Below are positions 1-12,492 of a DNA stretch of 35,962 bases, piece after piece. The translations under genes and the position numbers were made by a program. Origin of the DNA: Trichinella spiralis (taxonomy: Eukaryota); contig NW_003526941.1 of the NCBI RefSeq assembly GCF_000181795.1, positions 1,715,469-1,751,430 on the forward strand, in the 5' to 3' direction. Within the stretch, counting starts at the first letter, position 1, and every line of letters starts with the position of its first letter. Under the pieces are notes generated by a model that made no database searches, was not told the DNA's origin, and saw only the letters and a program-made list of their open reading frames with translations.

Positions 1-7
1 AACATAC

Positions 8-1943
8 CAATATCCGATGCTAACATTCCATCGACCATTTCGATCAATTTCGGTTTCAGTGGATTGAATTTGGAAAAGTCATGATGTACCAATAACTCTT
101 GCATTCGTTTCATGTCTGGAAAATCTCCAGGCGAGATGTTGTACTCTCGTTGCAGTTGCTCGTAAATTTTGTCCAAATTTTGTATCAGTTCTTTTTTCCG
201 CTTCTCCTTGCCCATCATAGACGGCATCTCCTTCTTCAAATGTGCGATGATGTAGGCGTGGACTTTGGCCAGTCGAGCCCGTTTGATCAGATCATTCAAT
301 TTTCGCAGAGCGGCGTTGCGCGGCAAGCTCTGCAAGTCCGCAAACAAATCGTGCTGTTCATCTTCGAATAGACGTCGGTTTATGTCATGATGCAACGGCT
401 GGTCCCAGAATGAACCAATGTATACACGAGCCACCTCCGGTGTCCGGAACACCTTTCCCAACGACCACATCAACGCACCGTAGACACGCATCAGTTGTTG
501 GTGGTCGACCATGTCGGCTTTGTTCAGCACAATGCGTACCTTGTCTTCGTTTCCTCCGACCGCCTCAATGCAACGACGGAACTCATCGCTGATGTCCAAC
601 TTATGAGCGTCGAACAACAAAATTATTCGATCAACTCTTTCGGCGAACCTGAATTATAAAACTAACATATTCAGACAACATACAACTAACTTGACGATCT
701 ACAGTAATAATGTTGCAAAAAAAAGTATAGAAAACTTCGTCTTTCAAATACATTACTATTTTACATTGAGTGCTGCTTACTTGTGTGCATGTGTTCAAGC
801 ATAGCTACAAGGCAAACAATTAAAGAGTGCACAGTATTAATAGGAACACGTTAACCGGTTAACTCACATATACATTCTATGCTGTTGGTGAAAATAGTTT
901 GTTTACATTTAAGTTCACTTAAATGAGTCACTGTGGTAAAACTTCATGACTGTTCAAATACATAAATGCATGTATGAATCACGCTCATGGAAGAGAACGA
1001 AAAATAAAATATGGAAAGCACGCAACAACTGATATGCATAAAGAAGCTTAATTATCATTATTAACTCACAGTATCAACACTGCAAAACTTTCGATCTACG
1101 TCAGCTTAAGAACAGGTAAATCACTATTTTATTTCAGTTTTCCAATGTTATTTTTCTCTGAAATTATGAAAACTTATTTTTCGTTTTCTCCTTTCCAACT
1201 TATTTATTGAAAAACTAGCTTGTGCAAGCGGAAAAATCCCGCACAAACATATTGATGGCTTATCAAAATTTACGTGTCAATCAAAAATCCAGATCATGTT
1301 CAACACAATGTTTGCTATAAGCATGAACAGACAAACCAGAAGGGAAATAACATACCATTCGAGCACGCCGACAAAATCATAGCCTCGATCAATACGCTGC
1401 TTCTCGCCGGATAAGATGCCTGGCGTGTCAACGATCGTCAAACTATTTAGCACTTCGTTGTTGAGTTGAGAGCATTGGAATCGATTTAAGAATGCGTTTC
1501 CAAATTTAGAAAGTGGACGAAACTGACGTTTCGTGTCCACGACAAGGGCATTACCTTTACAAATGAGAAAGTGAAAAAAAATTACTTGAAAATACAAATT
1601 AAAACAATTTACCAGGAACCATTCCTTCTTGTTCACCATGCATGACTACGATAAAGCGATCTGTAGTTGGTTCAGGACCGATTCTCATTCCGGGAAAGTC
1701 GGTTTCCAACAGGTATCGAATAAATGTAGTTTTGCCTGTTGAATATTGACCAACGAGTAAAATCATCGGTTTGGCATCGAAATCTGGATCTTCCAAAGGC
1801 GGCGAGTGAAATTCATGAAATTTGTAATGTTCTTCCAAAGGGAGCAGCTTCTGCTTGTACACTTTCTTCAAACTTTCCGTAACGGACAAGAACACTTCTG
1901 GATTCTTTTTACGCTTGGTATCGTTATTTATGAAAGAGAACAT
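8..1943 (-). CDS. rme-1: EH-domain-containing dynamin-like ATPase (EHD1/RME-1/Past1), 5' part; the EH domain lies beyond the left edge
   Basis: Exons 1943-1613, 1554-1356 and 648-8, all GT-AG with consistent phase. Translation MFSFINND...[17 protein letters not shown]...GQYSTGKT (P-loop)...IGPEPTTD...[10 protein letters not shown]...[24 protein letters not shown]...IVLNKAD...[17 protein letters not shown]...DGMLASDI matches EHD family motifs. The next GT donor is at 7-6. Confidence 0.96.
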
Positions 1944-4320
1944 CTTCGGCTGCGGCTGAAAAGCAAAGCAAAACCACACGCTGATATATGGATGAAGTCA
2001 ATGCTTTATTTGTGAATTGAGCACACCCACAAAACTGTCACAAATTTGACTGCTCAATTCGGACCTGTCTTGCCAACAATGACTAGGCACAATCAAAAGG
2101 GCGCAAATTGAATGGCAAAAAGTTTGAAAGAATAATGCGACCTACTGTTGACTTACTTCCATATCAGTTTAATCACTTTACACGGTATAATTTTTTCCCC
2201 TGTCTCCCAGCATTCTACGCTCGCGAAGAAAAATAACATACCGTAAGAAAAATGAAAAAAGGAAAATGAGGTACATGCTAAAGAATACAGTAAGAATTCG
2301 TTGGTGGCAGACGACTAGCACGCACACGCGTCCGCTGTGTAAGCGTGTTGCTCACATTTCTGACCTGACGTTTTATGAAGGTTGATTTATCAACAAGTTG
2401 AAATTTGTTCCACATTTCTACTGATCGGTGGTTGTCGGATGTTATTTGTTGTTCATTGCCCGGTTGGTGCAAATTCCTGAGGGAGGATGTAAACAAAACA
2501 ACATGCCCATCAACTTTTTACGCTATGTTAGCAACTGGATGAGAAACACGTTAATTGCTAAATAAAGTGAAATGACGTAATGCTGCTATCGCGTTTAGAC
2601 ATGCAATTTTTTTGATCATTATTGCTGACAAATCACTCAGCAGTATATTAATTAGAAAATTCTTAATTAAAATGTTTTTAATCAGTTTATTTTTGATTTT
2701 TTCTTGCACATTTGTAGGATCAGGAATGCTTTATTTAATATTATAATTTTTCAAAAGTTATTTATTTTAGAAATTAAATACACTTACCGAAAGTGATTTT
2801 TAGATAACAATGTCATTTTGAAATAGAAATTATCTGTTATTGATTACTTTTACTTTGGGTGATAGTGGATTGTAAAATTATTGAATTCGATTTTTGGGCC
2901 ATGCAAAGTTCAACGAAGAAAGTTGTTGTTACTCATGAGTAATTTGTTGATTGTTATCATTATGCATTTATGTAATGGAATTTTAAAAGATTTTATTCAA
3001 TTGCATTTTTACACTTGTGACATTCTCTCTGCATCTTAGTTGTTTCTCCTTTTTAAATATGGTTTTCTGTAGTGCTATTTAAAAATTGCAATCAGCTACA
3101 TCTGTTAGAATTCAGCAACAAAAAAAAATCCATACACAACCGTAAAAACAGAAATCTTACCAGGGGAAAGGAAAGATTTCGTCCAATATTGCGCAATGAA
3201 TAATATTTATTTTCATTTTTCTGTAATAAACCAAAAGATAATAATTGAAAAAAGGCAACCAAAATTGTCTCACATATTTTTTCTTTGCCATATTGACGAG
3301 TTGTTTATAATTTTTGCATGCACACTAAAACTATATTACTGCTGGGAGAGAATAGAAAATTGTTCACTTTCAATCAAGCATTAAAAGACACCGATCATGT
3401 GGTTGGTTGCAATGAAAATAATATCCCACTGATGCGTTTTTTCACCTGTGACGTGGCCGATTTCAGAAAGATATACATTTACAGATGAATATTTTGAAAT
3501 TGAACTTTATCGAAAAGAATCAGTTTCACAAACACGCAGTGCTGTTGCACATTATGGAAAATTGTACAAATTTGCATGGATATTATTATGTTTGAAGCAG
3601 AAAAGGAAATAGCTGAATGCAGATTATTGCATTATTATTCATGCATAAAAATTTAATTGATAACAAATTTTCCTCGTCAAAATTATCAGAAAAATATTAT
3701 TATTGCTTATGTGAAAAGTTTGGCGTCAACAAGTTTAACAGTCAATTTCAAACATTTTACCTGTGGTGGTGAATAAGATGCTTGTTGTTTACGAGTGAGA
3801 ATTGACAGAATGCATTACAATTAAAATGATTCTGGGCTTAATGAAGACATTAATGAAAAGTAAAACAAGTTCATCACCAGTACCTGTTGATTTTGGGTAA
3901 GATCCGTTGATTGAACTTTTCTGAAATTTATCAGACGCACCGGTTTCTGAAAGTGGGCAATTTCGTTGATTCCATTTGGCTGCGACATGCCCGGTGTTGA
4001 ATCACCAACTTGATGGTGATCTGATGTTTAAAGCGGTAAAAATCTGCTAACGCAATTTGCTAACACATAAACTTGTTCTCAGTTTTGTAATCAAACTGGA
4101 ATTTCAAAAATACTCTTCCGGACTGCAGTGACAATTTCACGGATGCGAAATTAGTTGTAAAATTTGAAATTATAAGCTACTCGTAATGGCATGCACATTT
4201 TGCCAAAAAAGGTAAACACCAATTCACTGACAAACGATAGCCTTCCATATTATTTGCAGTGTCAATAAACGATGAAATCACATTTCATGTTATACTTGTT
4301 GGTGATTTATTTCTTCACTA

Positions 4321-4327
4321 TACATAC

Positions 4328-4365
<38 letters not shown>

Positions 4366-4370
4366 ATACA
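4321..4370. repeat. Compound (TA)n(TG)n microsatellite
   Basis: Read directly from the sequence. Confidence 0.95.
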
Positions 4371-5254
4371 TTTTAGAGCTTTATTACGTATCAGAAATTT
4401 TCGTTTTGAATGAATCATAATTTATTACAATCAACGTTAAAACTTGAATTGCACAGTATTTGGTCTTAATTTTCTTTATTTCAAGCATATATTCAAAATA
4501 TGCATTATTATTGCTAAGATATGTGCTGTTAATTAGGCGTTCTTAAATTAAAAGAAAAGGCTATTAGCCTTAGTTATTTCAACTAAAATATCTACGTAAA
4601 AAATTTAATAAGCAGAATTTGTTTAAATAAGTAATTTTCATGTTAATTTGTCTAAAATTATATTATTGTTTTTAAAAGAGCACTTTAATGGTTGAAATAT
4701 TTTTTTATTCTTTACTCATTGCTATTCAATGAATTATAAATAAACCTTAATTATCATTATTTAATTTCGTACTGTATAATTGAAAGGTTTGGCGAACTGC
4801 GAATTTCGTTTTGTTAGCTTCTTGTAATGCGAAATTATATTTATTTAACAAAATTAATTTTATTTAATCCCAGAACATCGGCCGCTAATTGTCAGTGCTC
4901 TAATTTATTAATGAAATTAATTGCATTTGTTCTTTTGAAAATACATCGTAAGCAAATGAGTTTAAGGAATAATTTTCACTTGTTTGATAACGTAGTTGCA
5001 TTTAATGAGTTGTTTTATTTTACTGTTGAATTATTTTTTCAAAAGACTCTAGCATTGCATTTGTTTGGGTTAAATAGATTGTTAGTTGCTCATTTTTGTC
5101 AGCTATATTTTTTATACGTTTGAAGAATTTTGAAAGTTTTTATGATTGTCATAGCACTTTGGAAGTAATAGGAAACGATTATTTTGCAAAATTTATTTCA
5201 AATGAACCGTACTTGTTTTTAGTAAAGGTTATATTAAGCAGCATTACGGTGAAA

Positions 5255-7667
<2,413 letters not shown>

Positions 7668-7743
7668 ATTTACTTATTTTAATTGTTTCTGCATCACATG
7701 TATTTCCAAATTCATAGCACATTTTTTATTTGAAATAGTTTAA

Positions 7744-7749
7744 AATAAA
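7744..7749 (+). promoter_or_regulatory. Candidate polyadenylation signal of the PAK gene
   Basis: AATAAA 77 nt after the TAA at 7667; a second copy is at 7934-7939. Confidence 0.45.
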
Positions 7750-8010
7750 ATGAAGCCAGTCATTCTTATTATTTTTAAGGCATAAGATGCAGCTTAATCT
7801 CTAGAATTTGCTCGATTGCAAGTTTACTTTTTGACGGCTGTTGTGCTCACAAATTTTGTTCACTTTTTGATTAATGTATTTTACTATTGTTTCTTTCCAG
7901 AGTACTGGCAGAATAATTTCTCTGACAAATGTAAATAAAACGTTTTTCCAGGCTTACAGTTTCATAAAGAAAAGCTTTTTAATTATTACATTTTTTCGAA
8001 TAAGTTGTGC

Positions 8011-11000
8011 TCAGAAACCAGTAATAATACAGTACGATTCAAGACTGGACAAGAGCACGTAAAGTATCCAGAGTGAAATGAAACACAGAACAGTGGCGAT
8101 TTTATAACCCAACGGACCACCGAGCTCACCACCAACTGGCTTTGAACGCCTTGCGACTAGGATTGCAATGCAAAAGGTCGCTTCGATACAGTAAATAGTC
8201 ACTGAAAATGCTAGTGTTCCTGGTTGAACCTGAAACTGTTGACCATGCAAGGAATGGTAGACGGCCGCCACGGTCCAGGCGATTCCAATGCCCAGGAATA
8301 CGTTAACTGCATTGCTTCCTGTGACGTTGCCGATGCTTGAATCAGCATAGCTGTCTTGCACAGCCGACACGTGACTAGCGAACGTATCTACGAAAGAATT
8401 TTATTGGTATTTTTTTGTTAATTTTGTAAATAAATGCAACAGCATAATACCTGGAACGCTGGTACCGATGGCGACGAATGTGATCGCCGTTACCGCATCC
8501 ATCAAGCCAATTGTGCAGCCGAAATGGTTAGCCAAGTCTCCAATCAAGGCAGTGATCACACCGATCAGAATAATTGACACGATGAAGCATGCCCATCCGT
8601 TCCAGTATTCTTTAAAAAAAGTTACTCTGAATAGCCGATGACGAGCGTTTCCAATTTCATCTTACCCGTCGGTGGCATGAATGCACATAATATTTTCCAT
8701 GGAGCAGATAGGAAATGCATTGCATAGCCCAATAGGTTGGGTTTGGTCGTTTCATCTTCTTTGCCTGTATTTCTGTTTATTTTATATGCATATATATACA
8801 AGGAGAAATAATTTTACCAGATGGTAAAGAAAATGCGTCGATGAATTGTTCTCTCCACGTTGTAGTGCCCATGATAAGTGATACATTCGCCTTTTTGATT
8901 AGCATGTCGACGGCTCCCTGAATTTTTTGTTTTTAAATTACAGAGCACGACAATCAAATCTCGGAACTTTTTTATTTGGTCATTTTTCACGAACTTACTC
9001 GAAATTCACGACTTTCTTTTATTCTCACAGTGCACTTGGTCAATGAGCCAAGCGCCGGCTTGCCGAGTTCAGCAATGCGCTTTTCGTCTGTCATCAGAGA
9101 ATCATTTTCCAAAGGTTTTGTCATATGTATTTTATCTTCTAGTATCAAAGGTGATATTTATTTTTTTTTTATTTTAAGTGCAATACAACTGCAAAATAAT
9201 TTTTATAAAAAGAAGCTAAATTGGAATGTTATAATAAAAGCACTTTAAAAAATATTTTTGTATGCATATTTATTTCTTTAATCATCTATTTATTCATATG
9301 AATTAATCTAAAATTTTAATTCAAGAAAACTTCATACAGTATGAATTTAAAAAACAAGTTCAAATATTTGAAAACTGTAGTACTGTTTTTGACGGCCTGC
9401 CAGTCATTTTTGTTCTGTGCCTTTAGTCGGTACGTACTGAACTGAGGTATGTGCATGTAATCATATTAATGTCAGTTAATTATTATTGCTTGAACTTTGT
9501 CTGAATAAATTATTATAAATTGATTTAAGAAGAGTTAATTGTTTTTTTTCTTAGGTTGTGAAAAAAGCTGTTTATCACCTTCAGTTTTGTCGGCACGAAT
9601 TGGTTGTAGAATTTCAATATGGAAAAACTCTGACCGTTCGTACTGTTCTTTGTTGATAATTCCGATTTCAATCGTCTTCCTGAAAGCAATAAATAAATGG
9701 TGGTGTGATTCAAAGCGGCGTGTGTGACAATATAAGTTTGGAGCAATGGAACATTCGTCTACCATAAACAAAAGACTTCGAAAGGTAAGTTTCAATGAAA
9801 ATTTTTTGCGTGTAATTCAGTTCAAATTCCAATACATTCAACGCGAAGCAGTTAAGTGACCATTTTTCTTCGAAGGGTTCAATTTTATAAGGTTATAAAC
9901 TAACTGTCAAGGCTTTCTCTGTCAAATTAAGTGAGCAGTTGATTTAAAAAAAGCGATTTATTGATTCGAAGCGGGAAATTTATTATTTTGTTTTATGCGT
10001 ATGATTTGATTTACTGAAAGCAGAAATGATTCGGAAAGAATTTTAAAGCAATTTTTTGAAAAAACTGCCAAAATTATTAGTCTGTTCATGAGTATTTTCT
10101 GTTTGTGTAAACGTCTGTTAATCTTTACTCACAAATTACATTTGCTTGTAAAATGGGTATTTATGGCTTACTGTAGGATGCTTTGAATTTCAAGTTTAGT
10201 AATTTATCAGTTTTGATAATAATTTACTTATATCTGGCAGCATCAGTTATCGAAATTCTAAACGTGTGATGAATTTCCTAATTCATTGCGAGTAGGTGTT
10301 TTGTATTTTCCAACTGTATACGTGTGGGAGAAGAGAAATATTTTTCAGTTAGGGTGGGACATTGTGGAAAATGGTTCGAGTGATAAAGATGGAAATTTGA
10401 CTACAGTAAAGTGATCTTCGGGGAATAAAAATAAAGTGAAGTTAACTTTACAATGGAAATATGCACAAAACTTACTGAGTTTCTTCGTTTTCGAACAGCA
10501 GTTCACTTTCCGCTGGTTCATAGTCGACATTCCCCTTTCCCGTTCCGTCTATAGTTCGATAAGGTAGTAGAACTCTGCCTCGGCAACCACTGTTGCGCAG
10601 CACATTAACCGAAACGTGTCCACGAGATTCGGGCACTTCGTAATTTTCTTTTTCAAACGTGAATATTCCGGAATGGTCATCGTCTAAAATCATGACCGTG
10701 GCAATTGATGGTGTGATGAGCTTGGCGATTGGTTGGCTTGACAGTGCCGATGGATCGAGTACAAATCCATCCCGTGTACGAATTTTTAAATTTTCTGCAA
10801 AATAAAAGTAGAACTGAGCAAAAAAGCAAAATACATCGACGATCGACGGCAACTGTATACCCAGAAACACGTAGAAGTGTTCATCTTCTTCGAAAACGTC
10901 ATCGTCGATAACTTGGATTTCAATGAACGCCTCTTGTTGATTGGATTCAATAATCAAAGTCCCACTGGCCGATTCATAATCAGAACCAGCGTTAGCGGTA

Positions 11001-12265
11001 CCATCTTCGGTTCTGTAGTCGACCAGAATGGTCACGTCAGGTGGTCCACCTTGGCGTTCCACTCTCAGACGGACCGTACCGACATTTTCCAACACTGTGT
11101 AATGGCATGGATTGAAGAATACTTTGCAGGTCAGCAAATCAGAATGATTCCACGTCGACTGGAGGTTGGCCCTGCTGCGCTGGTGTACTTTGCGCATGCT
11201 ATTTTCGACCAAATCCCCGCCGCCGGTGATGCGTCGGATCGCTTGTACACGGTAGAAGGCTCGACTCTTTTTTGCCCTTTTCATAAGCTCACAAGCGGCT
11301 TGGTCTTGCAAGGCGACAATGTCGGCGTCAGGATGGCTTTGTCTGAGATCTCGAAAAATCCTCAAATAATCACGACGCTGATGTTCGAATTCCTCATCTT
11401 CGGTGGACATGTGCCGGTGTTTGTTGACCAAAGCGTCGACCACTGCCTGGTCGTTGTCGTTGTTTTCACTTCCGGAGACACGCCGGTTGAAAGCGAACGC
11501 TCGCAGACCGTGGCTGTCGGCTCGGTAGCGCATCGATACGAACTTCTTCAGCGACATCTTCTTGTCGGCCATGAAAGCCGTCGCGACGGTCAACGGGAAA
11601 AATAGGAACGTCACGAATCCTTCCCAGACCTCGATTACCCCCGGACTGAACACGGCCAGTATCAGATAAAGCCAGATGTAGGCGAAGATGCTCCACAGCG
11701 CGGTGACCAAGAACACGTTCAAGTGCTGCTGGCGTCGTACCTCGGCTTTGGGTATCGCCGCCACGCAGATGGCGATGATCATGAACAAATTGAACGCCGC
11801 ACTGCCGACGATGGTATTGGGCCCCAGGTCACCGGCTTGGAATCCATTGCCGCAGATTTCTATCAGCGAGAGCAGAATTTCCGGCGCCGACGAGCCCAAC
11901 GCCATCAGAGTCAAATTCGACACCGTCTCGTTCCACACTCGTACGGTCAGCTTCACCTTGGTGCCGTCTTTTTTGCGAACACTGACCGTCCTCTCTTGGC
12001 TGGTGATCACCTCGATGGCGGCCATGAAGCGGTCTGCCGCTATGGACACGCCCAAAAACATGTACACCAACGCGCACAGGTACACAACTGCTCGACCCAC
12101 CCTGACGACCATGCTCGTCTGCTCTACCGGCGGCTGCCACAGGGGTATGACGAGGCCTTCTTTGCACAGACTCCGCGTTGTGGAACTGCAGTTGCTCGCC
12201 CCGACCATGCACCACGTCCACGCCACTGCTGTCCATGAGTAGAAAATCCACCTCAGCGTCGGCAT
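8011..12265 (-). CDS. ncx: Sodium/calcium exchanger (NCX/SLC8/CALX family), about 899 aa
   Basis: Exons 12265-10861, 10794-10476, 9679-9579, 9138-8999, 8917-8818, 8764-8666, 8609-8451, 8387-8011 give 2700 nt in frame, all GT-AG. Hydrophobic N-terminus, alpha-1 repeat TLMALGSSAPE, two Calx-beta domains (IDDDVFEEDE, ILDDDH), alpha-2 repeat FVAIGTSVPDTFAS...GNVTGSNAVN, C-terminal GGELGGP. Confidence 0.97.
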
Positions 12266-12458
12266 GTCGCCGACGCTGTCTTACCTGGCTATCCGTTTAG
12301 CTGTTCACTTAATTAGCTTGACACGGCACCGTTTTTTGACTAAATTGTTTTCAACATTAACTTTATTTCAATGATTAATTTTAGTTTAATTGATTTTAAA
12401 CCAGCCACATTTCAACAAACAAAGTCCCCTACCTCAATTTTTGAATCTCTTTCCATCA

Positions 12459-12461
<3 letters not shown>

Positions 12462-12489
<28 letters not shown>
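12462..12489. repeat. (AT)n microsatellite
   Basis: Read directly from the sequence. Confidence 0.95.

Positions 12490-12492
<3 letters not shown>

Noticed and set aside
99..592. Plus-strand ORFs 99-371 and 410-592
   Set aside because: Antisense shadows of the EHD exon 648-8.
9139..10475. Second mutually exclusive or cassette NCX CBD2 exon
   Set aside because: The candidate acceptors I tested led to in-frame stops or unrelated peptides; the search was manual and not exhaustive.
10729..12251. Long overlapping ORFs (242, 184, 171 and 140 aa)
   Set aside because: Antisense or off-frame shadows of the GC-rich NCX exon 1, with no recognisable motifs.
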